Source: Felis catus
Taxonomy: Eukaryota
Length of the DNA: 64,000 nucleotides
Assembly: GCF_018350175.1 (NCBI RefSeq)
Contig: NC_058368.1
Location: 152,212,001 to 152,276,000 of the forward strand
Direction: 5' to 3'
Shown: positions 51,790-61,830 of the stretch, in pieces
How positions within the stretch are numbered: position 1 is the stretch's first letter
Layout of the letters: the number at the start of each line of letters is the position of its first letter
Made by a program: the position numbers and the translations under genes
The notes under the pieces: generated by a model
Told to the model about the DNA's origin: nothing
The model's database searches: none
The model's input: only the letters and a program-made list of their open reading frames with translations

Positions 51790-52068
51790 TCTGGTACCTG
51801 TGAATAAGACCCTTATTTGGAAACAGTCTTTGAAGACATAATTAGTTAAGCAGGCAATCCTTGGCACTCCTTGGCCTACAGCTGTATCACTCCAATCTCT
51901 GCCTCTGTCTTTACATAGCTCTCTTTCCTATGTGCCTCCACATCTCTCCCTCTATATAAGGACATCAGTCATATTGGATTAAGGGCCCATCCTACTCTAG
52001 TACGACCTACATTTAATTTAACCAATTACATCTGCATCATCTTATTTCCAAATAAGGTCACATTGTGA
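51790..52068. mobile_element. Two oppositely oriented MLT1C-like LTR fragments
   Basis: Plus piece ~51790-51850 (ccttatttggaaa...ataattagttaag); minus piece 51851-52068 (gcaatccttggc...tcactccaatctctgcctc...ttatttccaaataaggtcacatt). Confidence 0.75.
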
Positions 52069-52742
52069 CATATATACACACACACACACGGGAACACAGA
52101 AAATGATATAGATATAATGTCAGAATTTTATTTGATGTAATCCTTTTTTTAGAGAAAAAAGAATATGGCTCTATGCTTTGTGGTCCACATAAAACTGTCA
52201 ACTGCAATCAAGAAGAGAAGTATTAAAGTAGGAGTAATAGCTAACCTCTGTTTTCCAGTATTATTTGGCAAAAAAACCCACAAAAAACAACTAAGCATTA
52301 AATTCAGTAACTGAACTAATCTCTGATCCTTCCTGACAACTTAAATCACTTGACATATTGCAATATTTTCTGCAATTTTCAATGATTTGCTTAAAGCCGA
52401 CTTCTACCTACTACTCTGCACATAAAATAAAGCCAGCTTAGATCTAAACACTTTGTGGACATTTCATAAATCTAACAAAACCATAACAATGAGCACTGCC
52501 CCAATGTTTACATTCAAATTTAAAGGTATAGCACAAGTTGCGGTAGTAAAGAGAATCTTGAAGCAATTAGAGCTAATATACTAATCCATGCGTTGACCTC
52601 CCATTCATGCTCTCATGGTCTCATTTGATACTCAACTGCCTGCAATTGGCCAACAAAACAAAACCATCATGTACCAGTTGAAGGTACCCCACTACCTACC
52701 ACACCCTTGTTGGCTAGCCATTTCAGCTGCTACTTCCAAAGT

Positions 52743-53102
52743 TGTCTTCATCTGTTGAGCCTGCTATAACAAAACATGACTGATTGGGTAGCTTATAAAT
52801 AACAGAAACTTACTCCTCCCAGTTCTAGAGACTAGGAAGTCCAAGATCAAGGTGCCAGCAAATTCAGTGTCTCTTGAGAGCTTATTTCCTGGCTCATTGA
52901 CTGTGGTCTTCTCCCTGTATCCTCATGTGGAAGAACGAGTGAGAGAGCTCTCTGGGGTCTCTTTTCTTGGGCGTTAACCCCATTCTTGAGGGTTCCCTCT
53001 TGTGACCTAATCGCTTCCCAAGCTCCATCTCTGAATGTCATCACATCAGGGATTAGGTTTCAACATGATTTTTCAGGAGATACAAACATTCACTCTATAG
53101 CA
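52743..53102 (-). mobile_element. MLT1A-like MaLR solo LTR
   Basis: tgtctt...ctgctataacaaaa...ggaagtccaagatcaaggtgccagca...gattaggtttcaacatga...caaacattcactctatagca. Confidence 0.9.
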
Positions 53103-53565
53103 AATACCACAAAAAGGCATTCTTGAACTCAGGCTCCTCAAAGTTAATTTGCTTCTGCCCATACAGCCACTTTTTCCTTCACTGATTATACTCCCTGACA
53201 CTACCTGGATTAATGCTCCACATTCAAAAACACCAGCAAATGCTACCATTGTTATGGTACCCCAGAGCAGAACAGTATTTGGACATGATTTGATGGTGCT
53301 GTAGAAAGTATTCAAAAGATTGTTGAAAGTTACTTATAATGTATTTTACTTTTTGTAGGTAGACAGTATGCTTTTAATATTTTATTTTCCATTTATTAAT
53401 AGGAAAAAATTCTCAAATATTTTGACAAGTTTTAAATTGCAGAACTTACAAATGTTTAAATAATAAAATGTAGATTTTGCTACTTTTAATGGCGGTGGCG
53501 GGGGAGGGACGGATTCCAGATGGGAAGAAAAGAATAAATGAAGAAAAAGAAAAAAATAAGGGACA

Positions 53566-53775
53566 GGGGTGTCTGGGTGGCTCCGTTGGTTGGGCATCCG
53601 ACTCCAGCTCAGGTCATTATCTCGTGGTTCGTGAGTTCGAGCCCCGCATCAGGCTCTGTGCTGAGAGCTCAGAGCCTGCTTCAGATTCTGTGTCTCCCTC
53701 TATCTCTGCCCCTCCCTCGCTCACACTCAGTCTCTGTCTCTCTCAAAAATAAATAAATGTTAAAAAAATTTTTTT
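53566..53775 (+). mobile_element. CanSINE (SINEC_Fc type)
   Basis: Perfect 19-bp TSD aagaaaaaaataagggaca at 53547-53565 and 53776-53794. Confidence 0.97.
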
Positions 53776-54259
53776 AAGAAAAAAATAAGGGACAAAGAGA
53801 GGGAGAAAGGGAAGGTGGGAGAAAAAGAAAAAAGAACATTTGCCAAATGAACTATCCTGTTATAAAGCTAAGCACTTCGCAAAGCATTAAAATTAAGCTA
53901 AAGTTTGAGAATAACAGGCATAAGAAATTCCTATCTTTTAGGTTAGAAAACATCAAGCAAGAAAAAGAAACTGCCCCCAAAAACAAGAAAGACTGCAAAA
54001 CGTGTAAGATGCCCTGAAGGTAGTTGTACATATGTGTGTAACTGGCATTTTTCCCAGTTCAACTCATGAAGCTGTGCTATTTCTCACGAAAAGATAGGCC
54101 TAACTTGCCATGATGAAAAATAATTCTCTTTAACTAAATATTAAGACATACTAGATTTCAACATCCCCCTCATCACTGATACTCAGTAAATATTTATTTT
54201 TCCTATTAACCTCAATAGATCTTGGAATTATATTTGTTCAGGGATACAACAAATCTTAC

Positions 54260-54433
54260 AGGAGATCTCCAGGTAAAAATTATGCAGCCAGTATATAAAT
54301 TCCTTTCAGATTCAATTTCAGAAACAAACTGAGTTTGAAGCGTGTCAATCATTTTGGGTATTATGTTGTCTTTGTATCTTCCACGATGCTTCCAAAATTC
54401 AGTGAAGTTCTTTTCCTGCTCAGAAATACCCAT
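54260..54433 (-). other. Candidate exon of an unidentified transcript (174 nt)
   Basis: Acceptor ccccttttatacttgttttccaaag|ATGG and donor CCT|gtaaga; one open frame of 58 codons; no repeat similarity recognised; product not recognised. Confidence 0.35.
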
Positions 54434-54579
54434 CTTTGGAAAACAAGTATAAAAGGGGCCTTCAGGCCACTTGAAACCAAATCCTCTATTATAATATAAT
54501 GCTCAATTTCTATACATTCAAAAGGACAGATGTCAGGAATCCTGAGTCTGATGTTCATAATTAACTTTTTTCACTTTTT

Positions 54580-56195
54580 TTTTATATGAAATTTATTGAC
54601 AAATTGGTTTCCATACAACACCCAGTGCTCATCCCAAAAGGTGCCCTCCTCAATACCCATCACCCACCCTCTCCCCCCTCCCACCCCCCATCAACCCTCA
54701 GTTTGTTCTCAGTTTTTAAGAGTCTCTTATGCTTTGGCTCTCTCCCACTCTAACCTGTTTTGTTTTTTTTTTTTTTTCCTTCCCCTCCCCCATGGGTTCC
54801 TGTTAAGTTTCTCAGGATCCACATAAGAGTGAAACCATATGGTATCTGTCTTTCTCTGTATGGCTTATTTCACTTAGCATCACACTCTCCAGTTCCATCC
54901 ACGTTGCTACAAAAGGCCATATTTCATTTTTTCTCATTGCCACGTAATATTCCATTGTGTATATAAACCACAATTTCTTTATCCATTCATCAGTTGATGG
55001 ACATTTAGGCTCTTTCCATAATTTGGCTATTGTTGAGAGTGCTGCTATGAACATTGGGGTCCAAGTGTCCCTATGCATCAGTACTCCTGTATCCCTTGGA
55101 TAAATTCCTAGCAGTGCTATTGCTGGGTCATAGGGTAGGTCTATTTTTAATTTTCTGAGGAACCTCCACACTGCTTTCCAGAGCGGCTGCACCAATTTGC
55201 ATTCCCACCAACAGTGCAAGAGGGTTCCCGTTTCTCCACATCCTCTCCAGCATCTATAGTCTCCTGATTTGTTCATTTTGGCCACTCTGACTGGCGTGAG
55301 GTGATACCTGAGTGTGGTTTTGATTTGTATTTCCCTGATAAGGAGCGACGCTGAACACCTTTTCATGTGCCTGTTGGCCATCCGGATGTCTTCTTTAGAG
55401 AAGTGTCTATTCATGTTTTCTGCCCATTTCTTCACTGGGTTATTTGTTTTTCGGGTGTGGGGTTTGGTGAGCTCTTTATAGATTTTGGATACTAGCCCTT
55501 TGTCCGATATGTCATTTGCGAATATCTTTTCCCATTCCGTTGGTTGCCTTTTAGTTTTGTTGGTTGTTTCCTTTGCTGTGCAGAAGCTTTTTATCTTCAT
55601 AAGGTCCCAGTAATTCACTTTTGCTTTTAATTCCCTTGCCTTTGGGGATGCGTCGAGTAAGAGATTGCTACAGCTGAGGTCAGAGAGGTCTTTTCCTGCT
55701 TTCTCCTCTAAGGTTTTGATGGTTTCCTGTCTCACATTTAGGTCCTTTATCCATTTTGAGTTTATATTTGTGAATGGTGTGAGAAAGTGGTCTAGTTTCA
55801 ACCTTCTGCATGTTGCTGTCCAGTTCTCCCAGCACCATTTGTTAAAGAGGCTGTCTTTTTTCCACTGGATGTTCTTTCCTGCTTTGTCAAAGATGAGTTG
55901 GCCATACGTTTGTGGGTCTAGTTCTGGGGTTTCTATTCTATTCCATTGGTCTATGTGTCTGTTTTTGTGCCAATACCATGCTGTCTTGATGATGACAGCT
56001 TTGTAGTAGAGGCTAAAGTCTGGGATTGTGATGCCTCCTGCTTTGGTCTTCTTCTTCAAAATTCCTTTGGCTATTCGGGGCCTTTTGTGGTTCCATATGA
56101 ATTTTAGGATTGCTTGTTCTAGTTTCGAGAAGAATGCTGGTGCAATTTTGATTGGGATTGCATTGAATGTGTAGACAGCTTTGGGTAGTATTGAC
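54580..56195 (-). mobile_element. Young felid L1 (L1_Fc-like), 5'-truncated, ~1.6 kb
   Basis: Uninterrupted ORF2 C-terminus plus 3' UTR; 17-bp TSD aacttttttcacttttt at 54563-54579 and 56196-56212; target TTTT/AA. Confidence 0.98.
54812..56195 (-). pseudogene. Truncated L1 ORF2 reading frame (~460 aa, lacks endonuclease and RT core)
   Basis: [43 protein letters not shown] and the Cys-rich [18 protein letters not shown] motif; no ATG start of its own (the ORF call opens at a TTG formed at the junction). Confidence 0.95.
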
Positions 56196-56576
56196 AACTT
56201 TTTTCACTTTTTAAACAACAGAATATATGGGTAATTTGCAAAATGCATCTTGATTATTTTTTATTGTTTTTCTCTTAGTTCTGATAACATCACTATATAC
56301 AATTCTAAAATTAATGCACAATTAAAAGCTTCATTTCAAAGATATACCAATGAATAAATATGTATCGTAGAGAAGTTTCATTTTTAAAACCACTTTCATT
56401 CACTGCAAATAAGTCTACTCAGAAGTATACTGTGGATTTTCTAACAAGTTTTTCAAGTTTTTATTTACCTAACAGACATTTAAATAGAATATTTCTCCTA
56501 GACCATGACTTTTGACTAAGGTATAATCATCAGGGATTTGCAGAAAGAGATATTAACATTAAAAAAGAAAAAAATA

Positions 56577-56790
56577 AGGGCGCCTGGGTGGCTCAGTCGG
56601 TTAGCATCCGACTTCGGCTCAGGTCATGATCTCACGGTCCGTGAGTTCAAGCCCCATGTTGGGCTCTGTGCTGACAGCTCAGAGCCTGGAGCCCATTTCG
56701 GATTCTGTGTCTCCCTCTCTCTCTGCCCCTCCCCTGTTCATACTCTGTCTCTCTCTGTCTCAAAAATAAATAAACGTTAAAAAAAAGAAA
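56577..56790 (+). mobile_element. CanSINE (SINEC_Fc type)
   Basis: gggcgcctgggtggctcagtcggtt head; caaaaataaataaacgttaaaa tail in an A-rich target. Confidence 0.96.
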
Positions 56791-59114
56791 AAAAAAGAAA
56801 AAATATTTATGCATCATGTCATATAGATCATCATAGCAATCTAGCTATAACTGCCTTTCTCTTTGATTCCTCCTTCTTCGTTACATATACTAAGTGATTC
56901 TATCTGTAAAAGGTTAGGCAAAATCTTTTGGATTGGAAATTAAGAGTCTCCAAAAGCTAGTATGGCAAAGATCAGCTAAGTACAATGTTTCTTCATGGCC
57001 AATGGGACTTCATTTTAGCAAACCTCCAAATCAGAACTGACTTGTGAGTATGAAGATCCCTTAGTAACAAAGAAAAACAATAAGGCCTTAGCAGGTATAT
57101 ACATCTATGTAGAGGGATATATAGATACACACACATACAACATACACATATACATATACACACACAATCTCATCTACTTGGCTTAATTAAGAAAGAAAAC
57201 CCACAACTTTGGGCACTTATGAGCTTGAATTTTCATATTTTACCAGATTTTCTAAATTCTGTGTGTGTGTATATGCTTTCTATACATATACTACATGTAT
57301 GTATATATGTGTAGTTATGAATATATATGAATTATATACATACATATACAAATATAGTTATGGTCTTAGGAAAATAGGAGGTACACACCAGTTGTGAATA
57401 AGATCATCAGGAGACCAGGACACTAAGTACATTATCAGCTAACCACACCTCAGCAGAGACCAGCCAATCTCCACCCAAGGGCAACACAGCTACCCTGCAG
57501 ACCCAAGACCAGCCCAAGACCAGCACAAGATAAAGACGTTCCTCTTGGACCCCAGTGCCCTGAGATCATCAGTATTTCTCCTGAACCCAAGGGCTATCTT
57601 AGGAAAAAGGAAAGGGAGGCAAGGAAGAGATCTGTGGACTAATCAAAGAATCAATTAAACTGGAAGAGTCTGAGATACCATAAGCACTACAAGTCTAAAA
57701 TTAGACATTAGGGTTTTTTTTTCCTCTGCTACATAGAAAAGTTGGGGTCAGATGGGGGAAATACCAGTGAGCAAGATTATATGAGCTGTAGAATGAAGAA
57801 GTAATATTTTCTCTGGCCACATCATAGACCATGAATACATCTTTAAACCACTACAGAACCGACACACATTTGAGATTTAAAAAGAGAAGTATATAAATAA
57901 TCTTTTTTAAGAAAAAAAAAACTTTTCCTCCTTGGTCACTCTCCTATTTCTTTTCCATTCCCCTCCCCTCTTGGTTTTATTTGCCTTTGAAATAAGATAA
58001 CATAAAACCTGAAAAAACAGAATGGTCCTTGAAAGTATGAGTATTTGTTCCACCTGCTGTTTACTCATTTGGGTACCAGAGCACAGAAATTACATCTTTC
58101 TGCACTGTTCTATAGGTTCTATAACATAGGGATGCATACAAATTCACTTCAAATAAAGTTGAGAGCAAGAGCTTTAAAAAAATGCTTGTGAAGCACTTTG
58201 CAAATGTTATACAATATAAATAATTCTATATTTTTTCAACTGTTCCCAAAAGAGAATCAGGGCCTTGTCCTACTCTCTAGAGGTCAAGACAGAGTTAGAA
58301 CTCCCTACTGCTCCGTTACATTTCCTAGTACCTATTGACCGAACCAGATGTTGGCAGGTATAAAATCTGAGACAGCTGGTTATCCAACCCCTGAGGGCCA
58401 AATGCTCCAAAAAAAATCACTTTTTTTGCAGCACACATCCTGATTCAGAATCTCTAAGCTAATTATCAGGGTTGTGATTCTCAACCTAATCATTTCTACT
58501 ATGCCTCCAGAGTAAGAGGGAATCTCAAAATTAACACTTAGTGTGCGGAATTGTACACAGATAATGTGCAGATGGCCCACACAGGTTTAAATCCTTAAGG
58601 CAGTTTCCACTGCTGTTTATGTTCCTCAAATGATTGACTGAGCTCCTATGGCATGCAACCAACTTCAGAGTGACACCAAGAGGTAAACTGTTTCCTAGCC
58701 CTTATTGAACTCGGGATTTGGGAAAAATATAATGCAGACAAAGATGTAACTATGCAACTGACATTGCACAAAATATAAGCAAAAAATCACAAACATGCAG
58801 GCTTAAGTTCATGACTTTGGGCAAAGGGCAACCAGTAACAAGAGTTATGGGCCATACCCTTTTTTTTTCCCCCTGGTCTGTTCACAAAGACTATCTGGAG
58901 TCAAGATTTAAAGTGCAGAAGAGCGAAAGAGGTGGGGTTTGCCAAAGAAGAGTATGAAATTATCCTGCTCACAGCAGAGAGTGACTACAAAAGCACAGAG
59001 AGGAAGAACGGAAAAAAAGATTTTTCTGGCAGTTGTTGACATTTTGGTTAGTGCTAAAGAAAATATACAAGTTACATGCCATCGTTATACATCCCTATCA
59101 TCACACATACTGAG

Positions 59115-59620
59115 GAACAGGGTATCTGGGGTCAAAATCTGGCTCCTCTACACACCAGCTTCATAACCTTTGGCAAGAAACTTAATCTCAGTTTCTTCCT
59201 ATGTAAAATAAGAATAAGAATGGCATCTACTCCATGGAGTTGACATAACAATTAAGAGATAGCACATGATAACTTTTTAATATGAAGTCTTCCATAAACA
59301 CTGAGTAAAGTTAATTGTTGATGTTGTTGTTATTTTTATGTAGAAATGGGTTTCCTGTATCAGTCTTGGAAAAAATGTGAATTCCAATCCTAGTCACAAT
59401 CTTGTTATGACATAGTACCTGATACTAATAGTTTATCTATAAAAAATAGAAAAAAATTGCTTATTCACACCTTTAAGTATATTATTCACTTGCAAAATAG
59501 ATATATTGCTATTTTACATCAAAATGCTTTGAGGATTAAATAATAGCAGGCAGGTACAATGCTTATCACAGTTCTTGCCACATACATAGTAAGTGCTCAA
59601 AACTGTAAGTTGCTCTTATG
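59115..59620 (+). mobile_element. Two adjacent MIR fragments
   Basis: acctttggcaagaaacttaatctcagtttcttcctatgtaaaat; cacatacatagtaagtgctcaa. Confidence 0.65.
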
Positions 59621-59864
59621 ATCATCATCATTTCAGTTATTCAACATTATCATGATCAATTAAGCAAGGAAAAATTGGGACTCAGGTAAAGGACGTGTTA
59701 CGGAGAAGAGAAATCAAAGGAAACGTGTGGAGGATGTATTTTTCTCTATGTGCATAGCAAACTGGGAGATGTGGAATTGATTTTACTGCCAGACAGATGA
59801 CGGCTGCAGAGTTGATGAAGCTGACACAAGCAGGAGGCTTGCTCTTGACCCAAGAAGGAATTGT

Positions 59865-60090
59865 TAGTATGCTTTTACTATGTGCACCAAGCATTGTGCC
59901 AAGTATTTTATAAACATTAGCTCTTGAAATCCCCACAACCACCCTGTAAAATAGGAGGTATTGTCACCACCCCTATATGATCAACATTTTAATTTTAGCT
60001 GAAGAGGGGGATTGTCTTGATCAGAGTCTCGTGACTAGCAGGGGACAAAGTCAGGTCTACCAGGTGCTAGTTCAACTTCTTATGTACAAT
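59865..60090 (-). mobile_element. MIR SINE
   Basis: tactatgtgcaccaagcattgtgccaag...aatccccacaaccaccctgtaaaatagg. Confidence 0.65.
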
Positions 60091-60848
60091 GTGACATTGG
60101 GAACTTTGAAGGAGGAGCCTGAGAGAAATATAAGGAAACAGAAGGGGAAAGTGTCTGTGACACAGTGGTTTTAACTTAATAGCCAGAACTGTTGAAGCAC
60201 TCTCCTGTTACAGAGAGACCCATTCTTCTAGAAATGTGCTTAGTTTTTATCACTGATATGATGCACATTTTAGAATGTTTTTCTGGGAATTTCAGTCTTG
60301 GAAATTTTTCCACTCATGCTGGGAATCTTCTAGAATATTTTGTAGCGCTTAGTCTAAACAATTCCCAGGTGAAAAGGAAACTTGGCTTAACTTGAAAAAT
60401 TAATCCTAGTCATCAAAATCAAGGATGTAAGTCAATGAGATACTAAGGAAATACATATATATGAATAAATTAAGTATTCGGGATAGGAAAGCAAACTTTA
60501 AAAAATACTACTTATAACAATGAAATACTTTCCCCATACTCCACAGACACTGTCAATTTCCTCATCAATAAATGTCAAAGGTCAAAAACACCCATATCTT
60601 GGAAAACCATGGCATTTGAATGCTAAACAAGAGGACCCATAATTGAGGAAATAATAAATCATGTGAATATTTATCTTTGGATATTATTGTATCAACCATA
60701 ACTTTTTTTTGCACAATAAATGCTCATATCCTCGCTGTAAACAAAAAATTGAACATTAGAGTAAAAGTCCCCCAGCACACACACTTTGATCCCTCTTCTG
60801 AATAAAATTATTAGGATAAGACACATCCTTCTAAACATCTTTATATGT

Positions 60849-61024
60849 AGGACTCAAATCGTGATGCCTGGACCAGCAGCAGCAGCATCACCTGGGAACT
60901 TGCTAGAAATGCAAATTCTTGAGTTTCAACCCAGATCTTATGAATCAGAAACGTTGGGAGTAGCACCCAGGGCTGTTCTGAACAGGCCCTTCAGTGACAC
61001 AAGATGTTCAGTCAAGTTTGAGAA
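60849..61024. mobile_element. MER5A hAT DNA transposon fossil
   Basis: ggaccagcagcagcagcatcacctgggaacttgctagaaatgcaaattct...tgaatcagaaac...aagtttgagaa. Confidence 0.9.
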
Positions 61025-61104
61025 GGGGCCCAGCTCCCCATTGTCCAGGAAATTAACAGTGCACCTGGGCTCTTGTCCTCTAGGCCTCAGCCATGTATCC
61101 TTCT

Positions 61105-61207
61105 CTCTCTCTCTTTTTTTTAATGTTTATTTATTTTGAGAGAGAAAGCATGCACTTGCGAGTGAACGGAAGTGAGGGAGGGGGAGGGGGGAGGGGGGAG
61201 GGCGAGA

Positions 61208-61260
<53 letters not shown>

Positions 61261-61424
61261 TGAGCAGAGGAGGGGCAGAGAGCGGGAGAGAGAGAATCCC
61301 AAGTAGGTTCCACACTGCCAGCGCAGACCCCTTTCTCGAGGCTGCATCTCACGAACCATGAGATCATGGCCTGAGCAGAAATCAAAAGTCAGGGTTTCCA
61401 CCGACTGAGACCCCCAGGAGCCTC
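61105..61424 (-). mobile_element. CanSINE with expanded (GA)n/G-rich tract
   Basis: SINE body; (GA)n ~61213-61257; TSD catgta[t/a]ccttct at 61092-61104 and 61426-61438. Confidence 0.93.
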
Positions 61425-61469
61425 TCATGTAACCTTCTAGCCTCCCCTTGCCTAAGCGAGCCATCTTAC

Positions 61470-61830
61470 CTTTACAGCCCAAGTGTACACATCCGCAGCT
61501 CCTAGTTCTGGCCCCGCTATCTTCCGCTTTCAAGGCGGGTCCCTAAATGCTCAGGCTCAGGGCACACACGCAAGCGCCTTAGCAGCGCCCAAAGGCAGGA
61601 CGGGCGCCACCGCCTCGAGGGCAGTGGGTGGCAAGAAGCCAGAGGAGGCGAGTTTGGGGCAAGCAGGCAGGACAGCCCGCCAGCAGCGGGAATCGCTGTG
61701 CTCCTCCAATCGGAAGCGAGCAGATGAGGGGTCCAATGAGATCTTCGCATGCGCAAGAGAGGGTGTTCTGTGGCCAGCAAGTGGCCGAGCCCTGGGGTCT
61801 GTGCTGTGGGCAGCGGCCAAGCCAACCTTG
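61470..61830 (-). promoter_or_regulatory. CpG-rich promoter-like island with candidate first exon
   Basis: About 21 CpGs in ~330 bp of non-repeat DNA; CCAAT at 61706-61710 and 61733-61737; CGGAAG at 61711-61716; NRF1-like tcgcatgcgca at 61745-61755; minus-strand donor AAAG|GTAAGA at 61470/61469. Confidence 0.65.

Noticed and set aside
22844..52068. MLT1C/D pieces at 22.8 kb and 51.9 kb as two halves of one split LTR
   Set aside because: They are 29 kb apart with no shared junction or TSD evidence; independent copies of an abundant family is the simpler explanation.
54812..56197. 461-aa ORF as a host gene or novel reverse-transcriptase system
   Set aside because: It is the standard L1 ORF2 C-terminus inside a 5'-truncated, TSD-flanked insertion, lacking a promoter, endonuclease and RT core.
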